DNA of 63,482 nt, the filler included, from Rhabdomonas costata (taxonomy: Eukaryota), in the NCBI GenBank assembly GCA_019059605.1. It is 52 parts of 52 records of this genome, joined end to end, with 100 filler letters (N's around TTAATTAATTAA, not from the genome) between each part and the next. Parts side by side here need not be neighbours in the genome. Positions count along the whole stretch, not along the records: positions 37,909 to 39,031 come from JAHMHO010027465.1; positions 39,132 to 40,253 come from JAHMHO010027466.1; positions 40,354 to 41,476 come from JAHMHO010027467.1; positions 41,577 to 42,699 come from JAHMHO010027468.1; positions 42,800 to 43,921 come from JAHMHO010027469.1; positions 44,022 to 45,142 come from JAHMHO010027470.1; positions 45,243 to 46,365 come from JAHMHO010027471.1; positions 46,466 to 47,587 come from JAHMHO010027472.1; 44 more parts are not named here. One strand, given 5' to 3'. Numbering within the stretch: the first letter of the stretch is position 1; each line of letters begins with the position of its first letter. The notes under the pieces are model-generated. The model was not told the origin of the DNA. It did no database searches and saw nothing but the letters and a program-made list of their open reading frames with translations. Below, one piece after another: positions 38,624 to 51,435 of this stretch. The translations under genes and the position numbers were made by a program.

Positions 38624-39131
38624 GTCTGCTCTTTTGCCCCTGCGCGTGCGTTAGCAGGCGACTCGGCCAACCACGCGGCAGAATTGTGAGCGTCACGTAG
38701 ATTCGAAAATCTGAATCAATTTCGCTGTGTGGAAGATTCTACCCGTCTCCTTTGGCGGATGCTGAGGGCCAATGCACAGCTCGCAATAAGCCAGGAGAAA
38801 ACCCGCTTGCGAGTTTTTATATCACCCCATTGCTCTAGTCTTCCCGAATACAAAACCGGGGGAAGCAACAAAAGTAGGACCCTAAGGTGCAGAACCTGCG
38901 TGAAGACAAAGCAGCCTTGGTTTCTGTCTGTCCTTGACTAGTGCGAAAATATACGGTGCACGAAAAGAAAAAGAAACCATCATCCGGCGAGGGCATCGGC
39001 CTCATCAGTTGACGTTTCCGGCCACACAACANNNNNNNNNNNNNNNNNNNNNNNNNNNNNNNNNNNNNNNNNNNNTTAATTAATTAANNNNNNNNNNNNN
39101 NNNNNNNNNNNNNNNNNNNNNNNNNNNNNNN

Positions 39132-40253
39132 GGGGGTTGGTAGGGTTAGAGTGTAAGGGTTAGGGCCCCGCAGGGACAGAAGGTGCGATGTCAAGCTGAG
39201 TCGTCACACTCGACTCTCGCGATGCTCGTGTCTCCTGTTCCTCGGTTGGTTTGACTCTCACACTCGGCTCTCACTCAGTTCGTGCCTCCTGTTCGTGTCT
39301 CTCATGGTAGGGTGTATTCTGTATTCTGTCTCTCGGTCGTCGCTGCGCTCCTTCCTCGTTCCTTGGTCGTCACAATCGCTCGTTGCACTCGCTCATGTTC
39401 CCCTCTGTTGGTCGTCGCAATCGCTCGTTGCACTCGCTCATGTTCCTCCTTGTTTCTAGTGTATTGGGTATTCTGTCTCTCAGTCGCTACGCTCCTTCGT
39501 TCCTTGGTCGTCACTTCGCTCGAGTCCCTCGCTTCGTTCCTCCTGACGTCACTCCCTTCGCGATGATTCGGTCGTTCCTCTGCATACGTTCTTTTGATCA
39601 CGGTTCACAATCGTCCTATCGTCGCTGCGCTCCTCAATGTCCTCATGTTCTCAATTGTTGTTTGGGTATTCTGTCACTTCGACTCTCACTCGCATCAGCT
39701 CGTAATTATTACCCTTCCTCACTCCTCCACCATAAGGGACAGGAGCGTAGCGACTGAGTGACGACATCAAGAACCCCTCTATTACCCCTTGCGGGCATCT
39801 TTACCCCTTTGTGCATTTACCATACGTGTTCCCAAGTCGAGGATGTCATGGTATCGGAGTAATGCATCAGGTCTCAAGAAGGCATCGAGGTCTCGTAACC
39901 TGGTAGCGGTGGAGAGACCTAACCATCACACGTAGGGAGGGATGCTGAGAGGCATCGAGGCATCCCGACCAGCCAACATCACCTTTTATACCCCCTAGGC
40001 ATGGGTTTAGGCATTAGCGGTAGGAATCAGCCTTAGCATACAGCCTTAGCATCATCCTAGCATCACCTTAAGGCATCAGCATCAGCGTTGGAATTCTGCC
40101 TCTGTCTCAACCCTTATCAACCCTTAGGCATTGCACCCTTGGATTCAACTTCAGCGTTACTCCTACGCTTAGCCTTAGATGCATAGGGTTAGCCTTACCT
40201 GCATGGCATCATCGTTTACCCTACGCATCCTCCTCACCACCCAACCCCAACAC
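39132..40253. repeat. Mosaic of short shuffled direct and inverted repeats with degenerate TTAGGG-like units at the left end
   Basis: 39-bp unit at 39363-39401 and 39408-39446; 18-bp inverted pair at 39479-39496 and 39741-39758; recurring GCATC/CCTTAG words in the right half. Confidence 0.7.
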
Positions 40254-40539
40254 NNNNNNNNNNNNNNNNNNNNNNNNNNNNNNNNNNNNNNNNNNNNTTA
40301 ATTAATTAANNNNNNNNNNNNNNNNNNNNNNNNNNNNNNNNNNNNNNNNNNNNGGTGGTGACGGGAAAAATGAGTAGACCTGAGTGCTTCTATGTGGTTT
40401 GTGTTGACAGAAGCTTTTCAGTCAAAACTGCCATAACCATGTCTTCGCTTGTTACGTGTTAGAAGATATCGTGTCCTCTGTAACCAGGGCCTTGTCCCCT
40501 TGTTAGTTGCCATGCATTGGGGAGGGACGGGAAACACAC

Positions 40540-41211
40540 CCCACTGTGGAAAACGTCACCCAAACAAAGTAAATGCCATCGATGAACGTGTCGATCCCCG
40601 CGATCCCGATGAGCTGAAAGAATCCGCCCGCGAAGAGGACTACAATGATAACGTAGTACACGAACAGCGTGGCCTCACGGGCAATCTTTGCACACACATA
40701 CACGCACACACAGAGACTTGTGCGGTTGGATTGGCATCCTTTCGCGGAGTTGATGGCACCCTGGGAGAGCTGGTGATTTCCATCGGATACTAAACATATT
40801 AATGATGGATGCAGTTGAAACTACTGGGTCAGTGGACCAGCGTTTTCTTAACAGGGGGCTTTTTTTGACTCGTCGCATCCGCGGCCCATAGTCCCTGCGA
40901 GCTTGGTCAAAGCCAACGGCGCCTAATATAAAAACGAGCAAGGTGGGGAACCCACAAAGACAGCTCTGCGATTTGTGGTTGTGTGTGAGTCGTTGGGATC
41001 CTCAAGTCAAAGATACACACACAGACAGACACGCACGCACACGAACACAAACGTGGAGAAGCTGCACGAGCTGCTTGCTATCTGATGTTATGTATTCGCT
41101 CATAAAAAAAGGGAAAAAGCATACCGAGCCCGATGGAGTGACAAAAACCAGGCGCTTGGAGCGAGCCAGCCGAAGCAGCCGGAACAGCCGCAAAAACCTC
41201 AGCAGCACAAT
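40540..41211 (-). CDS. Voltage-gated potassium channel (S4, S5 and pore helix), two exons
   Basis: Exon 41211-41125 LRFLRLFRLLRLAR (S4 RxxR repeat) and exon 40685-40540 ...FIDGIYFVWVTFSTVG (filter split by the next intron). Confidence 0.9.
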
Positions 41212-41576
41212 CTGCTGCCAAACAGCCTATAGGCGAGTTTTAAGAAACAGTGAAGGAACACGTTTTGGTTTCACGCCCCTTTCTACCAACAAGTTGTCAT
41301 CGCCGCCCACACCACAGTGAAATCCCCCATAAAACTCGTGTCAGGTCACTACCTCAGCCACCTCAGACCTTGCTGGTGGTGAAACTTCACTATTTCAATG
41401 CTCGCGAAATGTGGAATCGCGCAATGATTCCACCGAACGTTGTGAGTCAGTCGTGCAACAAAACTGACCCACAACANNNNNNNNNNNNNNNNNNNNNNNN
41501 NNNNNNNNNNNNNNNNNNNNTTAATTAATTAANNNNNNNNNNNNNNNNNNNNNNNNNNNNNNNNNNNNNNNNNNNN

Positions 41577-42699
41577 TGGGTGCACGGCTTGCCCTGGGAC
41601 AGCTCCGGGTCGTTCGGAAGCACCCAGCACATAAACTTGGCATCCGGCCCGGCGAAAGATGGGTGGCGGCAGACGTGCGCGAGCCTGAGCCAAAACAGGT
41701 CCATTAAGTTAGGTCCGCGTAAAAAGAGATGACAGCTGATTTTTCCAGATCTCTCTCACATTAGGCCCATATCAGTGACAATCCGAAAAAATTGTGTGAT
41801 CGAAATCCATACGACGAAACACAGGTGATAAGATAGTGCCTCGCATTGTGTCGAAGTCATCGGACCAGGACGACGGCACGTTCATGAACCTCAGAACAAA
41901 GATTGGATGGTCCACATGTGGAACACAATGACACAAGACGATGAATTAGCGGAGTTGGCTCGCATATCACAAAGCTGGGTGCGGCCGTTTCATAGCAAGC
42001 TGTAAATCACATTTGGCAAAACGACTAAAAACACCCTAAAACTATAATAGAAAACTCGCCCCAATAAAATTTGTCGCAGTGGTTCAGAGAGCGAGGCAAG
42101 CTAAACAGGCGGAAATACTATGTGATGTTCCCTCACGGAAGACACCTTGCTTTAGGTACGTCCCCAGTAAACGGCATGGCTTTGGACAGGTACAGCTCCT
42201 TGAGGGCCCCACCCTCTTCCTTGCAAATCAATGCGTTGGCCAGAACGACCTCGTCTTGGTCGTCAAGGTACGCAAAGGCCCCATTGCAGAGCAGGTTAAG
42301 GAGGTCTGCGGAGACCGCGGGCATGTCCCTGACTTGCTGGAAGAAACTCTTCGACGGGTACGTGAAGACATAGCTCCGGGCGCTACGGGGGATCCCAGCG
42401 GCCTTGCAGGCCTCCGGGTCGAGGCTAATCTTGCTCCGGGGCGAAACCACCCCGTTGATCTTGAGAGAGGTGGACTGCCCCTGAATGCGGTACGTAATGG
42501 TGTAGGTATTCTGTGCCACGTGGAGCTTGAGCAAGGATTCCAAAAGGGGTTGGACCCTGGATACGTAGAGAACCTCCAAAGTAGTGACAGACTCTTCCCC
42601 AACCACATCCCCGATTCTGAAGCTGCAGCGGGCGGCCTGCAGAGACTGCACAAACATTCCCAGCATGTTGACGAACTCATTCTCCGAAAGAATCCCACA
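41577..42699 (-). CDS. Uncharacterised protein, two exons
   Basis: Long open exon from the contig end to 42146 joins in phase (AG|G) to exon starting 41684 (RLAHVCRHPSFAGPDAKFMCWVLPND). Confidence 0.65.
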
Positions 42700-42803
42700 N
42701 NNNNNNNNNNNNNNNNNNNNNNNNNNNNNNNNNNNNNNNNNNNTTAATTAATTAANNNNNNNNNNNNNNNNNNNNNNNNNNNNNNNNNNNNNNNNNNNNG
42801 GGT

Positions 42804-42951
42804 GTGGTTCATGATCTGAATGATTTTTCAAAAGAGGATATCATGATGATCCATATGAATGAGTATAGTAGTATTTATAGATACTACTATACTCATTCAT
42901 ATGGATCATCATGATATCCTCTTTTGAAAAATCATTCAGATCATGAACCAC
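42804..42951. repeat. Perfect 71-bp inverted repeat with 6-nt loop upstream of cox3
   Basis: 42804-42874 is the exact reverse complement of 42881-42951. Confidence 0.95.
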
Positions 42952-42999
42952 TTCATAGTATACTTTCATAATATAGTATATTTACTTTTCTATAGAATT

Positions 43000-43845
43000 A
43001 TGAATAATCTAGCTAACCTTCAAGCACAGCGAAATCAATTCCAACTATTCCCATTTCATATGGTTACTGCTAGTCCATGGCCTATGTTTATTTCATTCTC
43101 TCTTCTTATTCTTACAATGGGAAGTGTTGTTTATATCCAAGGATATGCTAGTCCTTTTGGAGATTCTGGTATCTCTCTTGTACTTCTTGGATTCATCTCT
43201 ACTGCTCTATGTCTAGCTCTTTGGCTTCGAGATGTAGTTACTGAAGGTGCATTCCTAGGTGATCATACTATTCCAGTTCAAAAAGGACTTAGTCTAGGTA
43301 TGGTATTCTTTATTATTACTGAGGTATTTTTCTTTATCTCTATCTTCTGGGCTCTATTCCACTCTTCACTTTCTCCTGATGTAACTCTAGGTGGACAATG
43401 GCCTCCTGTTGGTATTGAATCAATCAACCCATTTGAACTTCCTCTTCTAAATACTATTCTTCTTCTTACATCTGGTGCTACAGTAACATACTCACACCAT
43501 GCTGTAATTAATAAAAACCGAGCAGGTGCTATTTCAGGACTTATCCTTACTGTTGTACTTGCTACAGTATTTACTATTTGTCAAGGTATTGAGTACTACA
43601 ATGCTCCATTTGCTATTTCTGATGGTGTATATGGTTCTACATTCTATCTATCTACTGGATTCCATGGTATCCATGTTATTGTTGGTACAATTATGCTAGC
43701 AGTTTCTCTTGGTCGAATGATTCAATATCATTTCACAAGTACTCACCATGTTGGATACGAATCAAGTATTCTATACTGGCATTTTGTTGATGTAGTATGG
43801 CTATTCCTATTCGTTTCTGTTTACTGGTACGGTGGATTAATTTAA
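43000..43845 (+). CDS. cox3: Mitochondrial cytochrome c oxidase subunit III (complete, intronless, fungal-like)
   Basis: PFHMVTASPWP, EVFFF..FWA.FH, WPPVGI..INP.ELPLLNT.LLL.SG, GFHGIHV..G, YWHFVDVVWLFL; AT-rich; the second ATG (43000) is the likely start. Confidence 0.97.
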   Translation: MNNLANLQAQRNQFQLFPFHMVTASPWPMFISFSLLILTMGSVVYIQGYASPFGDSGISLVLLGFISTALCLALWLRDVVTEGAFLGDHTIPVQKGLSLGMVFFIITEVFFFISIFWALFHSSLSPDVTLGGQWPPVGIESINPFELPLLNTILLLTSGATVTYSHHAVINKNRAGAISGLILTVVLATVFTICQGIEYYNAPFAISDGVYGSTFYLSTGFHGIHVIVGTIMLAVSLGRMIQYHFTSTHHVGYESSILYWHFVDVVWLFLFVSVYWYGGLI

Positions 43846-46800
43846 AGATTGATTCCCTATTGATTCGTATCCAACATGGTGAGTACTTGTGAAATGATAT
43901 TGAATCATTCGACCAAAAAAANNNNNNNNNNNNNNNNNNNNNNNNNNNNNNNNNNNNNNNNNNNNTTAATTAATTAANNNNNNNNNNNNNNNNNNNNNNN
44001 NNNNNNNNNNNNNNNNNNNNNGGTCAAACCCCAAAACCTGCCCGCACCATGGCTCCCCCTCCCCCAAGCGGGGCCATGCGGATACTTCCGGGGGCGGAGG
44101 GGGCCATGTGGATATTTATGCCACCTGCCTTTTCGGGCGGTGCCTTGCTCTTCCAAACCAACGTAGTGACCCGATTTTTTGGGTAATAAACCCCTCTAAT
44201 TGCTTCCCTTTTTGGGCGTTGGAATACGGAGACGTCCCACCATTACTTTTTGAGTGTTTTCAAATCGTACCCCGACCTTTTTTGGCGGACTTCCTAACTT
44301 CCGGCTTCACCATGTTCCGCGATTCTCAACCGCTGCCCCAAAGGGTGTTTCGGCTTCATCCCATCGGGATTCATCCCTTCCTTATTTGTGCCCTTTTAAA
44401 TTTGGTTGGAATTTAATCCGCTTTTTCAAAATTAAGGTGAACCATATGAGTTCGGTTCCTTGGTTTTCTGGTTACCTGAATAGTCCGTTCCGGTTTCCAA
44501 GCTTTTGCATACCCACAACAAATCTGACCGGTAAGGACTGATTTTCCAACCCCCGTGTCCTACTCTACGATCGTTTGACTGCTTGATTCTTTTGTGGTGT
44601 TAACTCGACTTATCTTCTTTTATAGTGGGTTTGGCGTTACTGGAGTTAGCTGGTTTACATTGTGGCTATGTCTTGTGATGTTGGGGTCAGGAAAAAAATC
44701 TTCCCGCGGTAAAGAATCTTCCCGAATGGGTCCTTTCCTCTTTTTAGCGTTTCTCTACGCGAAAAATGGAACGGTTTCTTGATCTCACTCTTGACGACAT
44801 CTGAGCTCGCTACAATGGTGACGAATTGGCCCTTGTCCACGATCTGGTTGATGCTTCTCTTCTGCATGGGCACTCTTTTTGCCACGGTTCTTCGATGATG
44901 ATATGTGCCTCCATGCCCTGGCACTGGCGTTGCACTTCTCTAACTTGCTGCAAGACTTTGGCGACTGCTTTCTGAAGTGATTTAACGACTACGCAGTGCT
45001 GAACCACCTACATGTGGTGTTACGAGTTCTCCCCGTCTTAGATTCGCCAGCAATGTCGTTTATCCAAGCGCACTGTCACCAATGTAATCAAGCTGTGCAG
45101 AGAGTCTGTCCTTCCTGAGCGTATGTGCCCTTACCACAACCCNNNNNNNNNNNNNNNNNNNNNNNNNNNNNNNNNNNNNNNNNNNNTTAATTAATTAANN
45201 NNNNNNNNNNNNNNNNNNNNNNNNNNNNNNNNNNNNNNNNNNGTAGAACCATTTCGTGGTCTAACAATTACAGCCGCGTCAGACGCGGGTAGTTCGACAA
45301 TATACCATGTGATCTTACGCCTAACAGTATGAACTTGTAGCTTTCTCCAATCAAACAAATGTTGATGTCGGTAAAGAAATGTGTAGCAGAAGACTACTGG
45401 AATGTGGTGAAAATCACACGGAAAACAGACGCACAGGCATTTTGCAGCGGACAATCTTAAAAAGGTGTCGACAGCAAATGTGGTTTCGTTAACGACTATG
45501 AATGACATCAACTGCTTCAGACGCTTGCACGGTAGTTGAAGTAAGTGACCATATCTTCGCTCATGAAGCAATCTGAAGCTCCTGAATACTACAGGGCTGG
45601 CACTACATATTTCCAAAATGTAATCTCTAGGAACAGTAGTGGCATCAGCTGCGGGGGGTCTGGTCCTTCTTCACTGGAAACTTCAACTTCCGGGACCACC
45701 AGCTCATGAAACAAATCTATAACCGTTAGTTCCTTGGGTAGTAAACCTGTAGTGGTTGCAAAAGAAAAGTGGGTTGGGAAAATGAAGAATAATCCGGTAG
45801 TGTTAGCATTCCTTGTCGATCTCACAGCTGTGCCTCACTCCTGGATTCTGTATTTCAGAATCGGAAACCTCACCGCTCTGATACTAATACCATTCACTGG
45901 CGCCGCAACACACGATCCGTCAGCACCGGCTGTACGCAGCACACATGGCAGCGGCGTAGCATCGCCGAGCAGAGGCACAGACAGCATAGCACGTTAATGT
46001 GGCTCCGTATGGATTCCAGGATTTGATTCCACGACTGCGCATCGCACGTCGGTCGTATGGTCCGTCTTCGGAGGTTTACTGCCATCAACTTCTTACAGCA
46101 CTACACGTGACAGCAAGTTTGGATTGCTTTACAGGGGCTTGAGGCTCCGATAGGCTCACTTTTGTTGCCTCGTCAGAATTCATTGGCAACCACACGCGAG
46201 CGGTTTTCCTTGTGCGCAACAAACGCAAAGCCGTTGGATGTTTTCTGGCGGCTCGTCTCAGGAAGATGAATCCGCCGGAATTAAGCCCAGCGCAACGTAC
46301 CCACCCGGTAGTCATTTCCTACTGATAAAATTACCGTAGAATACTTTAACACTATCACCATACTANNNNNNNNNNNNNNNNNNNNNNNNNNNNNNNNNNN
46401 NNNNNNNNNTTAATTAATTAANNNNNNNNNNNNNNNNNNNNNNNNNNNNNNNNNNNNNNNNNNNNGGGTGTTTTGTCACCGTCGTTCACCATTCAATTGG
46501 GAAAACAATAAAAGCGGGGGAGCTATACGGAATTTGGCAAGGCCAACATACGGCTCCACATAACACCCCCGACTCAAAGACAAAAAGTAAGGTAACTTCA
46601 CAAGGGAAAAATACACCACCGCAATAGGAAAACAAGGGAGCAGCACGCTGTGTGAAGTAGTTGGATGCAGAGCGGCAGGACCCAACGGGGTTAAAAAGGC
46701 ATTAGAATAACGAAGGTACCATACAAAAACAGGTGCGGTGAGGTGGGCGATAGTAAATCCCGGGACCAGTGCGTACACCGGCGACACGTCACTCCACAGA

Positions 46801-48399
46801 ATGGCACAATTGCCGAGCTAGTCGGGAAAGGAAGATGGTCTGAGCGGTAGCAGCAAACACATCGAAACTGAGTGGCACGAACTCATGGCGCAGAAAATTC
46901 GCAGTGGATGGAGTAAAAGGGAGCTAGTAGTGTGTGAGGAAGTCAGCCTTTAGCAACGGAAAACCCTTCAGCGCTGCCCACCGCTTAGCACCTTTCATCG
47001 ATCTCATAAACTTTGGTCGCCATTGGGCACCTTTCGGCATCGTTATACTAACATTCATTGTGCTGCAATAGCATGCCTGTATTCCCTGGATGCAATGAAA
47101 ATAACATTTGAGTGCGACATCGCCCACCCCAGAAAATTATGACTGCGGACGCATCCCGGCCTTGGGCTCCGTCACATAAATAAATATGTCATGGCCCATC
47201 CCTCTTTCTTTTTGCCGTCGCGATCCCACCCACCAGCAAAGGCCTCGTGACTTTTCAACAAATCATACCCACTACTATTCCAGTGGAAATGATCACACAT
47301 CCATCGCTTTCAACGTTTTCAACGAAAACGTCACAGTGCATCAACGATGAACAACTTGTCAAAAGCAATTGAGGAGGATCGATCACTTCCATGAGCAGCA
47401 GGATAAATGCCGTACAGAACGAAAATAGAGCTCGAGATTTGGCCAGTGCGACTCCATTCCCAAGTTATCCCCAAAAAGGTAGCAGCAAAAAACAACTATA
47501 CCCAAAATAAAAGCAACTCTTGCGCACGATAAAATGAGAAAGAAAAACAATTTCGAGAAACGAGAAGAATAAAATTCACAAACCTAANNNNNNNNNNNNN
47601 NNNNNNNNNNNNNNNNNNNNNNNNNNNNNNNTTAATTAATTAANNNNNNNNNNNNNNNNNNNNNNNNNNNNNNNNNNNNNNNNNNNNTGTGGTTTGGAAC
47701 CAGGCGGTCCGACCCATTTTTTGACCCATTTTTGAGATCATAAAATCATTGGACAAACACGTCAGAGCCTTGACTCGGCAACTTCAGACCGAAAAGGCCG
47801 ATATGACCAGACAAAATCAATTCAAAAAAAAAATAGACAAAGCTCGATTTGAAAGTGCAGTTTTTCGGACAACAACTGCCCAGCTGTAGCTCCCCTCTTC
47901 CCGGTCGGGTCAATGTTGGTTTTTATGGGAGACTGGGTGCCCCATTGTGGAACAACATTGACCACTTGGGGAAAGGGGGGCGTGCATGCGTTGTTCAGCA
48001 ACTGCAAGAGGGTCCGATTTGGCTTTTTCGGCGCAAAAGGGGGCCAACATCAAGGCAAAAGCGTGGTTTTTGGCTTGAAATGGCCAAAAATGATGAAAAA
48101 ATGAAGCAGCGCTCAAGTACTACGTGCGTAAGTGGGGTGGGGATGCCAGAAAAAATTACTTAGGGGTAAAACTCGTATGAGGGTGGGCAATGGGAGACTT
48201 GGCAATGACGGAGCTATGAGAAAGCGAATTATTATCCATTTTTTACGCTGTGATGGGGCTTTCTCGAATCGAGCTTTGTCAATACTTTCCAGAGGAGCAA
48301 AATGGTAACTAGTAAAAAAAAATTCCGAAACCTTCTGGCCCGAGGATCGAAAAAAAGCATGGGAACAAAAATGTACTTCCAGGCGAAAAGTTGAAATGC

Positions 48400-48696
48400 C
48401 TGTGGTGGTGGTCCAGCCGTCGTTGTGGGCGCCCCCCAACAGCAAAATCCCCGTGCCCCAGGGCACACAGGAGTGGCCCTGACGTGCGGCAAAGCCGCCA
48501 TTGCTGGTGAGCTGGCTCCACTGGATCCCATCCGTGGTCCCCCACACGTCATTAAGTAGGCCGTCCCCGTAGAACCCTCGGCCCCCTCCAATGACCAGCA
48601 GAACTCCGTTGAGGGCCACGGAGCAGTGCCAAGAGCGAGCCGACCAGGCCGCCGTGGTGGTAGGGGTGCTCCAGGAGAACGAGGGACTGGAGGGCC
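48400..48696 (-). CDS. Kelch/galactose-oxidase beta-propeller repeat exon
   Basis: WSARSWHCSVALNGVLLVIGG...LNDVW.TTDG..W...FAARQGHSCV....ILLLGG gives two Kelch repeats. Confidence 0.88.
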
Positions 48697-51435
48697 CTGA
48701 AAATGGTTGAGGACAAACGGCTGCTGACGGTTAAAAAACTGGGGTGTCCGCAACCACCGTTGAAGAACGTTTCCAGTTCAAACCGAGGTGGGTTTGGTGT
48801 TAAGCATTGCNNNNNNNNNNNNNNNNNNNNNNNNNNNNNNNNNNNNNNNNNNNNTTAATTAATTAANNNNNNNNNNNNNNNNNNNNNNNNNNNNNNNNNN
48901 NNNNNNNNNNCCTCCGAGGGCGACGCCGCGGGGACTGTGTCAGCGCCAGTGTCACGGGAATCCTCCGCATCCCAGCCCAGCCCAGCCTCCTCTTCGGTGG
49001 CCTCCGCCGGGCCTCAAGAGGAGACGCAAAAGGACCCCTCAGACAAAGCGTCGGGCTTGGACAACCTGAAGACCCTCTCCTCGAGCTTCCACAACTACAA
49101 AGAGAGTATGTTGCACTTTCTCGGCAGCCTTTTTCACATTGCAACCTGCGTGGTTTGTTGAAGTTCCGTTATTGGAACAACCGCTGTAGCAAGAAAACCT
49201 GGCACTTCTGTGTGTCATCACAGACCTTTGCAAGGCTCTTTTTCTCGGCCGACGCGACGAGTACAGCACTCAAGCCCCCAGCAGACAGGCGAAGGAAATT
49301 GCAAACGACCTGGCTCGGTTGTGGGTTACCTACTTGGAGAGCTGTGACGTGGGCTCTGGCGAAGGTCTCGTCCTCTCCTCTGCCCTCCACCCCACCCTCA
49401 CCTTTATCTCTCCCTTATCCAGACCCAAACGCTCACGCTGCTCTCCTCTTATAACAGGATCAGACCATCATCGTTCGAAGTGGGGAAAAGGGAACCCGGA
49501 GGTGGCATTTTGAGTCTTCGCTGCAACCGAAAGCTCATCATTTCGCTCTTTGGCAAGCTAACAGGCTCACACACTCTCTGATCATGACCAAATATTTCTT
49601 GCTCTTCCATGCTCTTCCACCTTCTACCTTTGGTTTCACTCCTCCTCCTGCAGACTTCGGGGAGCGATGCGCGTACACCGAGTCCATACTGGGCACCAGC
49701 CACAGTGGAATCCACTCATTGCTTATTGACGGTATGCTCCCCGCCCCCTCCTCTCCCTCCCACTTGTGTTGCTTTTCTTCAGGAAATGGGGCGTCCAAAC
49801 CGTGTATATGCCTCTCTGGCTCTGTCTCCTCTCTGAACTGCAGCTTCCAGTGACAGTGGAGAGCTCTGGTGTTGGCAATACCAACCACTTTCTTATCAGG
49901 TCATGCCAGTGAGATAACATTGTATGCTATTCCTTTCTCAGAGCGACGAGGCTCCTGCAATACCTTTGTACTGCGAGAGGTTGTCCGTGAAAAGGGGTTC
50001 GAGCTCATTTTGTACGATGCCCACCACGTTGCNNNNNNNNNNNNNNNNNNNNNNNNNNNNNNNNNNNNNNNNNNNNTTAATTAATTAANNNNNNNNNNNN
50101 NNNNNNNNNNNNNNNNNNNNNNNNNNNNNNNNCAGCTCTGTCTCGTATTTGTAAACTACTTCTTTGCCACTGTAGCCGCAGTCCAAGGTTCTCATTCCGT
50201 ATGGTGGCACGGCTGCCGGGGGCACCGCAGACTTCTGTTCACCGCATCCTTCGGAAATGTTTCGGCTGCGACGGCATCCCTGGTGTAGTGGCAGCAACGA
50301 GTCCCAATTCTCCCTGAACGTCGGTAGCAAGTTTGCCGAATTGTGGCGTGCAGTGATTTGGCGAGGCCGCTCCAAAGGATCCCCACATCACAACTTGATG
50401 TGCCGTCCCTTTTGAGAGGCAATTTGGCCGCACAATTTCTTCAAAGGCAGCAGTTCCTGCCAAAGTTGGAGCATCAGACACTCTTTCTGTGAGTGTGGCC
50501 TTTGTTCTCCTGGTTCGCTCACAACCCACTGAAACATCGGCCACATTTGCGGAACATTCTCCAGAAATCCTGTTCAGCAGCAAAGCATCAGCTCTGCTAG
50601 CTCTGCTCTGCTAGCGGTTAGCATGCTGTGCCTTCGTGAATGCAGTGGTTCTATCGAATACTTTCCCAGAAATTGCCTCTGGATTGTTATGGGGAGCTTC
50701 TGCGAGTCACATTCGTGGAACAACTTTCCATGCTGCGCGAATTCCCCGGTACACCGCACCGCAGTGCCTTAGTTGTCAAACCACCCATGAACGTCTTTGT
50801 CTCTGCTGCGAAGAAAGCCTATTGGGATAAATCCTGTGAAACACCCCCGTATCTCGGGTTTTCACCTTTGAAGACAGCGCGAAAGGCGCTCTGAGTCTCC
50901 TTCGGAGATTTAGGCGCCATGCGCAGCCATGACCTGGTTGCCCAACTTCAGATAAACAGCAAAGTTGCGCTCTTGAGCATTTCACTTTTTGAAACTTGAC
51001 TGATCTAACAATCGATCTATAACCGCATTCGCGCGTCAACGTTCAAAGCCTCAACAACTCAGCACTTCCACTTCAAACCCACCTTTCGTCAAATCCGGTA
51101 CCGCACCCTCTTCCGGAACACCGTTAGAATGCGCAGCTTGACCCTTATTCTGTTCGTATGCATGTGCGGCAATACTTTTCCAGTGAGGTTGGCAGGGGTT
51201 CAGTGCCGCATCACTTTGCTGTCTTCTGCAGGGTGCTTCGGCACTGAACCCCACNNNNNNNNNNNNNNNNNNNNNNNNNNNNNNNNNNNNNNNNNNNNTT
51301 AATTAATTAANNNNNNNNNNNNNNNNNNNNNNNNNNNNNNNNNNNNNNNNNNNNGTTTGTTGTTGCGTTTTTGCGTTGTTTTTCACAGTTCAGCCTTGAG
51401 GTTTATTCCTTGTATTTTTGCGTCTTTTTTCGCAG

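Noticed and set aside
45290..45600. Degenerate Ulp1/C48 protease of a DNA transposon (minus strand)
   Set aside because: Faint similarity spread over several frames with stops; catalytic residues not identifiable.
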